A DNA stretch of 64,000 nt from an uncultured Ruminococcus sp. (lineage in GTDB: Bacteria > Bacillota > Clostridia > Oscillospirales > Ruminococcaceae), in the NCBI GenBank assembly GCA_958428235.1, contig CAUAFG010000003.1, positions 56,935-120,934 on the forward strand, given 5' to 3'. The position numbers were made by a program, and so were the translations under genes. Shown here piece after piece: positions 38,866 through 48,944 of the stretch; position 1 is the first letter of the stretch; the number at the start of each line of letters is the position of its first letter. The notes beneath the pieces were generated by a model. The model had not been told where the DNA came from and did no database searches. It worked only from the letters and a program-made list of their open reading frames with translations.

Positions 38866-39070
38866 CGATTTTTCCTCCTATTAAATACATATGTATTTTG
38901 GTATTAACCACTAATATGGTAGCACATTTGATAGCATATGTCAATAGATAAAACATAAATATTCAATTTTTCAGTGAATTTGTTACAATATATAGTACTT
39001 TTTCGATAATTTCAACAAGTGCAGATATTAATATATTAAATTGCAATATTAATAAATTAAGATTTTAAAC

Positions 39071-40246
39071 TTATCTTTTTTTCGGAAGCTCAATAACCTT
39101 CCAGAAAGCAGACTTGAATTTAAGGTCGGCGTCTATAAGGAAGGGATAATTTGTTCTTCCCTCTATGGGGAAACCGTTAAGCCAAGTGTTACCGTCATTA
39201 AAGCCCCAGAACACCACCGAGTCGAGCAAGCCCTCCTCCGACAGATCCATAAGCATATTGAACAGCTCAACATATTTGGCATTGAAGTCCTTTTCAATAC
39301 TCTTGAAATCGATGGTTAGGTCGTTGTTGCCCCAGCCGTAGCAGGACATATCAAGCTCGGTGATTTCAATTACAAAGTCGGGATTAATTTTCTTAAGCTT
39401 GGCAAGGATTTCAATGTTTTCCCTCGCCTTTTCAACGTCCATATCAATTCCGACATGCATCTGCAAGCCAACGCCATCAACCGGAACGTCCTCTTCGAGC
39501 ATCTTTTTAACCATATTATACATGGTTATAGCCTTGTCGGTGGAGCTTTCAAGGCTGTAGTCGTTGATAATAAGCCTTGCGTCGGGATCGGCTTCGTGAG
39601 CGGTGCGGAAGGCAATCTCGATAAAATCGTACCTGTCACCGTCGCCGTCATAGTCCTTTATAATCTTAAGCCAGTTTGAAAGGCGAAGACCGTAGCTGTC
39701 GTCCAATACCTCGTTTACAACATCCCAAGTGTCAATCTTGCCCTTATAGCGGGTTACAACAGTGGTTATATGTTCCTTCATTCTTTCAACCAGAAGGTCG
39801 GCAGAAACCTGTTCACCGTTATCCTCAAAGAACCAGTTCGGAACCTGCGAGTGCCACACAAGAGTGTGACCGCGAAGGGTTTTGCCGTACTTCTCGCCAA
39901 ATTCAACGAACTTATCGGTTGCGTCAAAGTTGTATGTATCCTCCTTGGGATGAATCTGATCCGGCTTGGTTTCGTTTTCCATTACATAGGTGTTGAAGTG
40001 CTTGTTTATGACCTTGAATCTGTCGGTAGTCTCGTCGGCAAGATCCCACGAGTTTATTGCCGCGCCGATATTGAAGTAATCGGCATAGGCTTCGCAGAGG
40101 GATGGTGCTTCGTCGTCGTAGGCGTATTCCGGCTTGACTTCACCGCAGGCAGTCATGACGGTCAGAATCATAATGACTGCAAGAGCCACGCTGAGTATTC
40201 TTTTTGTCTTCATAATTAATGTTCCTCCAAATGTCTTCTTTTTCAA
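39071..40246 (-). CDS. GH10 endo-1,4-beta-xylanase lipoprotein.
   Basis: Lipobox LTVMTACG. GHTLVWHSQVPNWFF and the catalytic region ITELDMS. Confidence 0.85.
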   Translation of the reverse strand: MKKKTFGGTLIMKTKRILSVALAVIMILTVMTACGEVKPEYAYDDEAPSLCEAYADYFNIGAAINSWDLADETTDRFKVINKHFNTYVMENETKPDQIHPKEDTYNFDATDKFVEFGEKYGKTLRGHTLVWHSQVPNWFFEDNGEQVSADLLVERMKEHITTVVTRYKGKIDTWDVVNEVLDDSYGLRLSNWLKIIKDYDGDGDRYDFIEIAFRTAHEADPDARLIINDYSLESSTDKAITMYNMVKKMLEEDVPVDGVGLQMHVGIDMDVEKARENIEILAKLKKINPDFVIEITELDMSCYGWGNNDLTIDFKSIEKDFNAKYVELFNMLMDLSEEGLLDSVVFWGFNDGNTWLNGFPIEGRTNYPFLIDADLKFKSAFWKVIELPKKR

Positions 40247-40255
40247 CTGAATATA

Positions 40256-41398
40256 CTAAATGCTTCCGTTCAAAGCATAATAGTCCATCAAAAGCTCGGT
40301 CACGCGGTAGTAGATGAGTATTCCTTCTTCAACGTCGTTGAATTTCAGGTTTGCTTCGGTAAATGCCTCGGAAACAGCCTGAACCGTCTCTGTCGGGATT
40401 ATCTCCTTCTCCTCGTTTTCTTCCCAATAATTTGATTTAAACGAGTAAAGGTCATAATCCCAGACGTTTGCGGGGACGTTCCTTACAGCCTCGCGGAGCT
40501 TGTCCTCATACTCGGTACCCATCAGCTCGCTTGCGTTGGAATAAAGATAATAGAAAGCGTCGAGATACGCGCTGTATTGCAAAGCCCTGCTTTGAGAGCG
40601 TGTACATGCGATTATCGCGGCAAAGCTGGCTTCATCCTCCTGAATTATCCCCTTTAAGTGCGAAAGCTCGTGACAGATGGTGCAGGGCTTTGAGATATCC
40701 TGCGGGTCGCGGTTGTAGGTGGCTTCAAATGCAAACGGTATATAAAGCCCGATAAGGCTTTCCTGCGACATAAAGAATGAAAAGAATATCTTTTTGGGTG
40801 TGGGATAGTATCCCGACAGCTGTGAATACTCGCCGGAAATATCCTTTAAAGCCTGCTTGCAGTCATCAATATAGCCTTCGTCCGGAAGGACTATATAGCC
40901 GTCCTCCCCGCGCTCAAAGCCCGATTCAAGCTCTGAAAGCCGCACCGAGACCGCCCCCAAGGTATCTAAAAGCAGTTCCTCGGTATGCTCGGTTTCGGGG
41001 AAATACCTTTGTGAAAATGTCGAGCACTGATACATCACAAAGCAGTTGAGCGTTTCGGTGGTAAAGACATATACCGCCGCCCACAAAACCACTCTCAGAG
41101 CGGTTTTTGTCACTTTCCGGCTGAGTCTCTTATCCTTGCGCTTGACTATTAAGAATACTACAAGCGCAGGAATGCCTATCAGCAGCGCGGCGACAGCTAT
41201 TGCTATCATAACCTCTCCCACCGAGAAGCCGAAAAGTCCCGAAAGCCGGATGAACGGCGTTGATATCACCGGATATATTTTTTGTACATAGAAATCGGAA
41301 AAGCCGGTTGAAAGCCTTGCGATAAGGTTTATCAAAAGCATTAAAACAAATATCACAAGCAGGGCTATATCCGATCTGGCAAGGCGTAATTTTTTCAT
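40256..41398 (-). CDS. DUF3810-like membrane-anchored putative zinc metalloprotease.
   Basis: N-terminal TM segments. HELSHLKG is an HExxH motif. Confidence 0.6.
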   Translation of the reverse strand: MKKLRLARSDIALLVIFVLMLLINLIARLSTGFSDFYVQKIYPVISTPFIRLSGLFGFSVGEVMIAIAVAALLIGIPALVVFLIVKRKDKRLSRKVTKTALRVVLWAAVYVFTTETLNCFVMYQCSTFSQRYFPETEHTEELLLDTLGAVSVRLSELESGFERGEDGYIVLPDEGYIDDCKQALKDISGEYSQLSGYYPTPKKIFFSFFMSQESLIGLYIPFAFEATYNRDPQDISKPCTICHELSHLKGIIQEDEASFAAIIACTRSQSRALQYSAYLDAFYYLYSNASELMGTEYEDKLREAVRNVPANVWDYDLYSFKSNYWEENEEKEIIPTETVQAVSEAFTEANLKFNDVEEGILIYYRVTELLMDYYALNGSI

Positions 41399-42564
41399 CA
41401 GTTCATCTTTTTATCTACATTTATAACAAAGTAGAAGGTTCCTGTTTCCCCGGAAAACTCCTGTGCAAGTGTTTCCTTCAGCTTATCTATATCGTACTTT
41501 TTGTCAAACGGCTCTATTATGTCAAACAGAACGTTAGTGTGCGTGGGACCGTCAACCAAGCGGAAATCGTGAAGCTTAATATCGGGGTCGTACTTTTTGA
41601 TACCCTCGGTTGCAAGCTCATAAAACCTGCTGCGGCGGGGATTTGAAACGTCCACCGGGTCCATATGGATGGTTAAAAGTATGCCCAGCTCGGTCTTTGC
41701 TTCACGCTCGATGTTGTCTATCAGGTCGTGGATATGTATAACGTCCTTTTTAGCGTCGAACTCGACGTGAATCGAGGCGAAAACCTTTCCCACGCCGTAG
41801 CTGTGAATGATAAGGTCGTGATAGCCCAAAAGCTCCTCCCTGCCGTCGATAAGCGAGCATATCGAATCAACCTGCTCTTTTGTGGGAGGAACACCGAGCA
41901 TCGGATTTATAGCGTCCTTAACCATTCCAACAGCCGACCATATGACAAATACCGACACCGCAAGACCAACCCAGCCGTCTATATTAATTCTGAACGCCTG
42001 CATTATTATCATGCTTACAAGCACCGAAAGGGTGGAAATCGTATCGTTCCGCGAGTCCATAGCCGTTGCCCATATTGCTTCGGAATCGATAGCTTTGGCA
42101 AAGTCGAGATAGGTAAGCATCTGAACAAGCTTTACAGCTATTGCAATCACAAGTATCACATATGTAACCACGCTGATGGAAAGCTCCTGCGGGCGGATGA
42201 TTTTGTCCACCGAGCTTTTTGCAAACAGCACTCCGATACAAAGCACAAGTATAGCCACCAAAAGCGCGGTTATCTGCTCGTATCTTGCATGACCGTAGGG
42301 GTGATCCTTGTCGGCGGGACGGTTTGAAAGCTTAAAGCCTATCATTGTTAAAATTGAAGAGCCGGCGTCGGACAGGTTGTTTACAGCTTCCGCCACTATT
42401 GTAATACTGTTTGCCAGCAGACCTATGATTATCTTTATAACGAACAGCAAAATATTCGTCGCTATTCCGAACGCCCCCGCAACAACGCCGTATCTTATTC
42501 TAACGGCTGGGTCGGAGGTGTTTTTATAGTCTTTTATAAATAGTCTTTTCAGCAAATATAACAC
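41398..42564 (-). CDS. Cation diffusion facilitator (CDF) family metal efflux transporter.
   Basis: Six TM segments plus a C-terminal cytoplasmic domain. LANSITIVAEAVNNLSD... matches the CDF signature region. Confidence 0.8.
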   Translation of the reverse strand: MLYLLKRLFIKDYKNTSDPAVRIRYGVVAGAFGIATNILLFVIKIIIGLLANSITIVAEAVNNLSDAGSSILTMIGFKLSNRPADKDHPYGHARYEQITALLVAILVLCIGVLFAKSSVDKIIRPQELSISVVTYVILVIAIAVKLVQMLTYLDFAKAIDSEAIWATAMDSRNDTISTLSVLVSMIIMQAFRINIDGWVGLAVSVFVIWSAVGMVKDAINPMLGVPPTKEQVDSICSLIDGREELLGYHDLIIHSYGVGKVFASIHVEFDAKKDVIHIHDLIDNIEREAKTELGILLTIHMDPVDVSNPRRSRFYELATEGIKKYDPDIKLHDFRLVDGPTHTNVLFDIIEPFDKKYDIDKLKETLAQEFSGETGTFYFVINVDKKMN

Positions 42565-42639
42565 CTTACCTAATATAATAATATAAGTATATCATATTAT
42601 CAAAATAAATCAATAAGAACCACGAAAGTAAAATCTTCC

Positions 42640-43218
42640 TTATTTTCTGGTCTGCTCATCCAGCGTAAGCTCGTATGCGGGGAGAAAATCGGATATAAAC
42701 AGATCTGCTTCGGGCAGATTCATCCGCTTAATAGCTTCAAGAGTCTGCTTTTCAGCCTGCGCAAAGTCGTTGTTGCCCGACTTTCTTTCCTCTATGCACT
42801 TTATAAGCGCGGAAATCTTGTCCGCCGTCTTTACCAAAGACGCAAGCTCTTTATCATCCGGCGCGAGAATTGCGCGGTAATCCTCGGCAATGTCGGCAGG
42901 AATCTGCGAAACAAGCTCGTCCACCGCTGCCGCTTCCACCTTTTTATACGCTTTGCTGATATCGCTGCTGAAATATTTTACAGGCGTTGGAAGGTCGCCG
43001 GTTATAATCTCCGGAACGTCGTGAAAGATTGCCAGAACCGCGGCTCTTTCCGGATTTACATTTCCCCCGAAGCGCGAGTTTCTGAGCTCGCACAAAAGAT
43101 GCGCGATAATCGCAACGTCAAGCGAATGTTCCGCGATATTTTCCTCGCGTGAGTTGCGCATAAGCCCCCAGCGGTTGATATATTTCATCCTCGATGTCAA
43201 GGCAAAAAAGCTGTTCAT
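42640..43218 (-). CDS. HD-domain 5'-deoxynucleotidase (YfbR-like).
   Basis: INRWGLMRNSREENIAEHSLDVA...FHDVPEIITGDLPTPVKYF is colinear with E. coli YfbR. Confidence 0.85.
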   Translation of the reverse strand: MNSFFALTSRMKYINRWGLMRNSREENIAEHSLDVAIIAHLLCELRNSRFGGNVNPERAAVLAIFHDVPEIITGDLPTPVKYFSSDISKAYKKVEAAAVDELVSQIPADIAEDYRAILAPDDKELASLVKTADKISALIKCIEERKSGNNDFAQAEKQTLEAIKRMNLPEADLFISDFLPAYELTLDEQTRK

Positions 43219-43805
43219 ATGTCACTGACCTCCTCGGGTACAGGGTCGTATTCCTCGTTTTCTATGGCGAAATCTATTATTTTGGCATAGAAATCAGTGG
43301 GATTCAGGGATATCTTTTCGGACAGCATCTTTGCCTGCTCCTCGTCGGGGGCGAAGAGCTTCAAGTCCATAAGCGCAATGCCGCTGTCGGTGCAGAGACA
43401 GTTGACCGAATATCCCCTGTCCATCTTTACAACATCCACCTTAACGTCGTTGTCGTTTTTAAGCTTGGCAAAAAATTTCAAGCCGCTGGAGAGTATTCTG
43501 TCGCGGAAACTTTTTGGAACAAGCCGTTTGAAATCGTTGGCTCCCCTCTTTGCGTTTTCGGAGAGATAGTAATACTCAACGCCGTCGATATCCTTTGTCA
43601 GAATCATTTTGCTGTCTAACATCTGCTCCACAACGTCGGAGTACAGGAAATAGTTCACATAACCGTCCGCCGTGGCGATCTCGGTCAGTTGGTCGCGGGT
43701 TATGGGACGTCCTAACTGCCACATAAAGTATGCTAAAAGTATTTTTACCTCATAGGTATCGTCGAGCTTAAGCTCGGGGTTGAGATAGTCGTTGTGCTTT
43801 ATCAT
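43215..43805 (-). CDS. Hypothetical (DUF4364-like) protein, translationally coupled to the yfbR-like gene.
   Basis: 196 aa. 4-nt overlap with the downstream gene. Confidence 0.45.
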   Translation of the reverse strand: MIKHNDYLNPELKLDDTYEVKILLAYFMWQLGRPITRDQLTEIATADGYVNYFLYSDVVEQMLDSKMILTKDIDGVEYYYLSENAKRGANDFKRLVPKSFRDRILSSGLKFFAKLKNDNDVKVDVVKMDRGYSVNCLCTDSGIALMDLKLFAPDEEQAKMLSEKISLNPTDFYAKIIDFAIENEEYDPVPEEVSDI

Positions 43806-43826
43806 AAATCAGCTTCCTTTAACAAA

Positions 43827-45050
43827 TCAGTTTTTCAATATCGGTGGTTGTCCGGTGCTGTATTCCATTATTCCGCCAAGGTCGTGGAAGGCTTCAAAAA
43901 ATTCGGGGCAGTATTCCTTTGCACATTCCGCGTTGTTAACCGTCAGATTACCGCGGCAGATTGTTGAAAGTATCATGGCGGCATACACGATTTCAGGGCT
44001 GCCGCAGGAATCAAGGCTTCCTCCTGCCAGAGATTTTCTGCCCTTTATGCGCAGATTACCACCGTCGGAATATGCGCACCCTCCGGCGCCGTTTATCATC
44101 GCGGATATATTGCCTATTGCTTCTTCGCCGATATTCCTGAGGACAGATTCGCCCTTAAGAGAGCAGGCAAACACTGCCATTATCGGTGCTAAAGAAAGAC
44201 ATCCCGAAAAATCGTAATCAAAGCCCTTTCTTCCGGAATACATCACCGAGCGGATTATTTCAAACACGGCGGTTTCGGGCTGGAAGGATGCAGCGTCAAG
44301 TCCGGTGACGCTTATATTCGAGGTCATAGCGTTGGCAGCGGCGAAGTTTGAAGCGATGAGAAAATCTCCCCCAGCCCTTGCTTCCGAAAGGCAGAAATTC
44401 TGACCTCCGCGGATTACATACTTGTCCGACGAACAAACCGCCTGAATTCTGCTATGGTGCATAGCGTTTAAGGTCATATCTATATACGGCTTATGCTTGG
44501 GCTGAGAGCTGAAAACTATCATGCTGTCCGTTTCAAATATCGCGAGGGCAAGCATAAGCCCAGATATAAGCTGATGCGGCGAATCGGGCGGCAGCTCGTA
44601 TATTCCAGAGCCAAGGCTCCCGCTTATTTTAAACGGCATTTTGCCGCAGTAATCGGTTGTTATACCGTGGCTGCACAGGCAGGCTATAAACTTTTCAAGC
44701 TTATCATCGGCAAGAGACTGGCTGCCGCAGAACTTTGCATTGACGCCATATGCGGCGGCTATCGGAAGAGCATATGCCAAAGCAGGAAATGAGCTTCCGC
44801 AGTCGACGGATATGCTTTTCTTTATTACCATGTCGGCAAAGCGTATGCAGTCATCCCTGACGCTCAGCTGCGCCCCCATGATTTTAAGCGCGTTTATCAG
44901 GCGGGAGACGTTTTCGGTCATTCCAACGCCTTTTATAACCGAGGAAGGCTTTGAAAGCGCGCCGCAGACCAGAAATCTTAGCGCTTCCTCCTCGGATGGC
45001 ACAGCCCTGAAGGTTCCGCAAAGCTTTGCCGGTGTTATTATCAAATCCAT
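43827..45050 (-). CDS. EPSP-synthase (AroA)-fold protein with degenerate catalytic residues; a putative pseudoenzyme.
   Basis: SQPKHKPYIDMTLNAM and ECAKEYCPEFFEAF align to the AroA blocks KPYIDITLNLM and KCTAKTFPDYFEQL. The GSKS Lys22 motif reads VPSEEEAL. The RxxE(T)DR and DHRMAM catalytic blocks are not conserved. Confidence 0.6.
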   Translation of the reverse strand: MDLIITPAKLCGTFRAVPSEEEALRFLVCGALSKPSSVIKGVGMTENVSRLINALKIMGAQLSVRDDCIRFADMVIKKSISVDCGSSFPALAYALPIAAAYGVNAKFCGSQSLADDKLEKFIACLCSHGITTDYCGKMPFKISGSLGSGIYELPPDSPHQLISGLMLALAIFETDSMIVFSSQPKHKPYIDMTLNAMHHSRIQAVCSSDKYVIRGGQNFCLSEARAGGDFLIASNFAAANAMTSNISVTGLDAASFQPETAVFEIIRSVMYSGRKGFDYDFSGCLSLAPIMAVFACSLKGESVLRNIGEEAIGNISAMINGAGGCAYSDGGNLRIKGRKSLAGGSLDSCGSPEIVYAAMILSTICRGNLTVNNAECAKEYCPEFFEAFHDLGGIMEYSTGQPPILKN

Positions 45051-45074
45051 ATTTCCTCTATTTATGAGTGCTTT

Positions 45075-47441
45075 TTAAAGCTTTTTAATCTTGGCATAGT
45101 TTGCCATTATCTTTTTGGTTCCTACCTTTTCAAAGGCTATTTCAAGCATGGTGTCGTTAGACATAGCAGTGGCTTTCAGCACCGTTCCCTCTCCGAATAT
45201 ATTGTGATATACCCTTTCGCCAACCGTAAAGCTCTGAGCTGACGACGCTGCGCCGGTCGAAGGACGCGAAGCTTTGAGACTAGCCATCTGAGAAGCAAAC
45301 GGCGATGCCGACGGCTCGTGTCTGCGCTCGGTCTTTACAAGGTCAACCGCAGTTCTTTCGGACTGTTTATCCACCGTTTCGGCGGGCAGCTCGGAAATGA
45401 ATCTCGACGGCTTATTAAAGCTTGTCGAGCCGAAAAGCATTCTCTGCTGAGCTGAGCTGAGATAAAGCCGCTTTCTCGCCCTTGTTATGGCAACGTATGC
45501 CAAGCGCCTTTCCTCCTCGATATCCGCCTCGGAATCAAGGCTGCGCGAGCTTGGGAAGATGTTTTCCTCCATTCCCACAACAAACACATTGTCAAATTCC
45601 AGACCCTTTGCGGCGTGAACGGTCATTAAAACAACGCAGTCGTCCTCGGGGTTCATTTCGTCAAGGTCGGTATACAGGGCGATTTCCTCCAAAAATCCGG
45701 AAAGTGAAGGCTCTTCGGCGTCCTGATAGTAGTTCATCATGGTGGATTTCAGCTCGTTGATGTTTTCAAGCCTTGCCGCGCCTTCCTCGCCCAGCGACTG
45801 CATATACATCTGATATCCCGATTTCTCCATAAGCTCGTCCAGCAGCTCCGGAAGCGGGATAATGGCGGAATGTTCGCGGAGCTCGTCGAACATCTCGGCA
45901 AGCTGAGTAAGCTTTAGGCTTGTGCGCGATAGCATGGGTATATCCTGAGCGGTGCGCATTATCTGCAATGGTGATTCGCCGAGATTGCCCGATATCTGCT
46001 CCAAAAGGTCAACGCTCGCCGCGCCTATTCCCCTTTTGGGCTCGTTTATAATTCTTTTCAGCCTTAAAATATCGTTTTCGTTGTTTATGACTGACAGGTA
46101 GGAAATGATGTCCTTAATTTCCTTGCGCTCGTAAAACTTAACTCCTCCGAAAACTCTATAAGGAATTCCGCTTGCCATAAGAGCATGTTCAACGGCGTTG
46201 GACTGGGCGTTCATTCTGTAAAGGACTGCGTTTGCGGAATACTTTCCGCCTGCCTTTACAGAAGACAGTATCTTCTCAGCAACAAATCTTGCCTCGCCCT
46301 GCTCGGTGGAGGCGCGGTACAAAACCACCTTCTCGCCGTCGCCTGCGTCTGTCCACAGGCTTTTGCCCTTTCTGCCCTTGTTGTTTTTTATTACCTCGTT
46401 TGCACTGGTAAGGATATTCTGGGTGGAGCGGTAGTTCTGCTCCAGCCTTATAACCTTGGCGTTTTCATACTGATTCTCAAAGGAGAGAATATTTTCGATT
46501 GTTGCCCCGCGGAATTTGTAGATACTCTGATCGTCGTCTCCGACTACGCAGATATTTTTGCGCTTTCTTGACAGCAGCGCAACCAGCTTATACTGCACCA
46601 TGTTGGTGTCCTGATACTCGTCCACAAGGATGTATTTATATAGGTTGCTGTAGTGATCCAGAACGTCGGGGAACTCTTCAAAAAGCTTGACGGTTAGGGA
46701 TATTATATCGTCGAAATCGACGGCGTTGGCGTTCTGCAAACGCTTCTGATAAGCTTCGTAAACCTTTGCAATAGTCTGCTTGCGATAATCGCCGAAGGCA
46801 AGGCGGGTATATTCCTCCGGATCAACCTCCGCTTCCTTGGAATGGGATATCTCGCCCAGAACAAGCTTTGGCGGGAACATCTTATCGGAGATATTCATGT
46901 CCGAAAGGCAGGTTTTTATCAGCCTCTGCGAATCGTCGGTATCATATATGGTAAAGTTCGAGGCATAGCCGAGCTTTTCAATCTCCCTGCGCAGAATCCT
47001 TACGCAGGCGGAATGGAATGTGGCTGCGGTTATGCCGCTTGATGAATCGCCCAGCATTTTTTCAAGCCTTTCCTTAAGCTCCCCTGCCGCCTTGTTGGTA
47101 AACGTTATTGCAAGGATGTTATACGGCTTAACGCAGTCAACTGCCACTATCGAGCGAAGACGTTCGGAATCGTCGGTAAGACCGTTGGCGTAGTCGGACA
47201 AAAACCTTTCATCCTCCGGAGTGGTGCCAGCATACCGTGATGTATCGTTATAAGCGTTGCCGAAGTACACCATATTTGCAACGCGGTTTACCAAAACGGT
47301 AGTCTTGCCGCTTCCCGCTCCCGCAAGGATAAGCACGGGACCGTTGACGGTGAAAACAGCCTCCCTCTGCATATCGTTCAGCCGGGAAAAATATTTTGAA
47401 AGCGCACGGCGCTTGAGTGCAAGAAATTCATTGTCTGTCAT
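45075..47441 (-). CDS. pcrA: ATP-dependent DNA helicase PcrA (UvrD family).
   Basis: GAGSGKTTVL and DEYQDTN. 788 aa. Confidence 0.9.
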   Translation of the reverse strand: MTDNEFLALKRRALSKYFSRLNDMQREAVFTVNGPVLILAGAGSGKTTVLVNRVANMVYFGNAYNDTSRYAGTTPEDERFLSDYANGLTDDSERLRSIVAVDCVKPYNILAITFTNKAAGELKERLEKMLGDSSSGITAATFHSACVRILRREIEKLGYASNFTIYDTDDSQRLIKTCLSDMNISDKMFPPKLVLGEISHSKEAEVDPEEYTRLAFGDYRKQTIAKVYEAYQKRLQNANAVDFDDIISLTVKLFEEFPDVLDHYSNLYKYILVDEYQDTNMVQYKLVALLSRKRKNICVVGDDDQSIYKFRGATIENILSFENQYENAKVIRLEQNYRSTQNILTSANEVIKNNKGRKGKSLWTDAGDGEKVVLYRASTEQGEARFVAEKILSSVKAGGKYSANAVLYRMNAQSNAVEHALMASGIPYRVFGGVKFYERKEIKDIISYLSVINNENDILRLKRIINEPKRGIGAASVDLLEQISGNLGESPLQIMRTAQDIPMLSRTSLKLTQLAEMFDELREHSAIIPLPELLDELMEKSGYQMYMQSLGEEGAARLENINELKSTMMNYYQDAEEPSLSGFLEEIALYTDLDEMNPEDDCVVLMTVHAAKGLEFDNVFVVGMEENIFPSSRSLDSEADIEEERRLAYVAITRARKRLYLSSAQQRMLFGSTSFNKPSRFISELPAETVDKQSERTAVDLVKTERRHEPSASPFASQMASLKASRPSTGAASSAQSFTVGERVYHNIFGEGTVLKATAMSNDTMLEIAFEKVGTKKIMANYAKIKKL

Positions 47442-47549
47442 AAATCTATCTCCAAAACTACATAATAATCTATATAATTATATCATGAATCGAACAAAAA
47501 TGAAATAGATTGAGTAAAATTTCTTTAAGATTTTTATTAAATTTTATTT

Positions 47550-48884
47550 TTGTGTAGACAACTGCCTATATTTTGGTGTATACTTATAAATAGCGTATTC
47601 CCTTTGAAAGGACTGATAGCTTTGAGAGTCTTCTCAGACAAAAAATACAATAAAATCTTCACTTACTGCTTTGCGTTCATTATTCTCACGCTTATAATAG
47701 TGCTTATAATGTTCCAGTGGGATTCGGTAAGCAGTCTTTCGTCCAACCTGCTGAGGATATTCGCCCCTGTTATATGGGGAGCGGTGCTGGCGTTCGTAAT
47801 GAACCCGATAACCAAGAACGTTGAAAAATTTCTGGGACGATTCCTTTTCCGAAAAAAGCCGCGTCCCAGGGCGGGGCGAGCAATCGGAATAGTTGTGGCT
47901 TCGGTTTTCATCATCGCGGTCATCGCGGCGATAATTCTATCGGTAATCCCTGAACTGATATCCAACATCCCCGGAATATACGACGGTCTTGTAAACGACG
48001 TTCTGCCAGCCGCCGAAAAGTGGGTTGCAAAGCTTTTGGACGACAACCCCAGCATCGCTGAGATAGTCACCAATGAGCTGGACAATATTTCGGCTACGAT
48101 AAGCAAAATAGCTTCAAGCCTTGTCCCTCAGCTCACAAGCTTACTCACAAGTCTTTTGGACTTTGCAAATTCGGTCAAGAATTTCATATTCGGATTTATC
48201 CTTGCAATATACTTCCTTTCGAGCAAGGAAGCTTTGCAGGCTCAGGCTAAAAAGCTGATAGTCGCACTGTTCAGCGAGAGGACATATCACAAAATCTTTA
48301 CCATAACCTCCTCAACAAACACCGCTCTTTTAAGCTTTATATACGGAAAGATAATCGACTCCTTTATTATAGGCTGCATATGCGCGGTTTGCATGCTGAT
48401 ATTCAGGATGCCATACGTAATGATAATCTCGATTATCATAGGCATAACAAACATCATCCCTGTATTCGGACCGTTTATCGGAGCCATCCCCTCGGCAGTG
48501 CTTGTGCTTATTGCAGAGCCCGGCAAGGTCATCTGGTTCCTGCTGTTCGTGGTTGCCCTTCAGCAGCTTGACGGCAACATCATCGGTCCAAAGGTTTTAG
48601 GCAACAAAATCGGGCTTTCATCCTTCTGGGTGCTGTTCTCCATCCTTGTATGCGGAAGCCTGTTCGGAATCGTTGGCATGATAATCGGTGTGCCGCTGTT
48701 TGCGGTAATGTTCGACATCATCACCGCGATAGTGGATTCCCGCCTGAAGTCAAAGAATATGCCCACCGACAAGGAATACTACTCTATGCCCGGGGTAAAC
48801 ATAGGCACGGTGACCGACTCTCCACCGCTGGATATCGTTGAAGAGCCGGAGATAGAAGCCAAGCCGGACATCAAGAAAAAGTAA
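47550..48884 (+). CDS. AI-2E family transporter (PerM/YdiK-like). The true start may be internal.
   Basis: Eight TM segments. Characteristic spacing and LQQLDGNIIGPKVLG. Confidence 0.75.
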   Translation: MCRQLPIFWCILINSVFPLKGLIALRVFSDKKYNKIFTYCFAFIILTLIIVLIMFQWDSVSSLSSNLLRIFAPVIWGAVLAFVMNPITKNVEKFLGRFLFRKKPRPRAGRAIGIVVASVFIIAVIAAIILSVIPELISNIPGIYDGLVNDVLPAAEKWVAKLLDDNPSIAEIVTNELDNISATISKIASSLVPQLTSLLTSLLDFANSVKNFIFGFILAIYFLSSKEALQAQAKKLIVALFSERTYHKIFTITSSTNTALLSFIYGKIIDSFIIGCICAVCMLIFRMPYVMIISIIIGITNIIPVFGPFIGAIPSAVLVLIAEPGKVIWFLLFVVALQQLDGNIIGPKVLGNKIGLSSFWVLFSILVCGSLFGIVGMIIGVPLFAVMFDIITAIVDSRLKSKNMPTDKEYYSMPGVNIGTVTDSPPLDIVEEPEIEAKPDIKKK

Positions 48885-48944
48885 ACAGATTAAAACCGCA
48901 GTACAGATTTACTCAGTACTGCGGTTAATTTATTATGTATCTGC

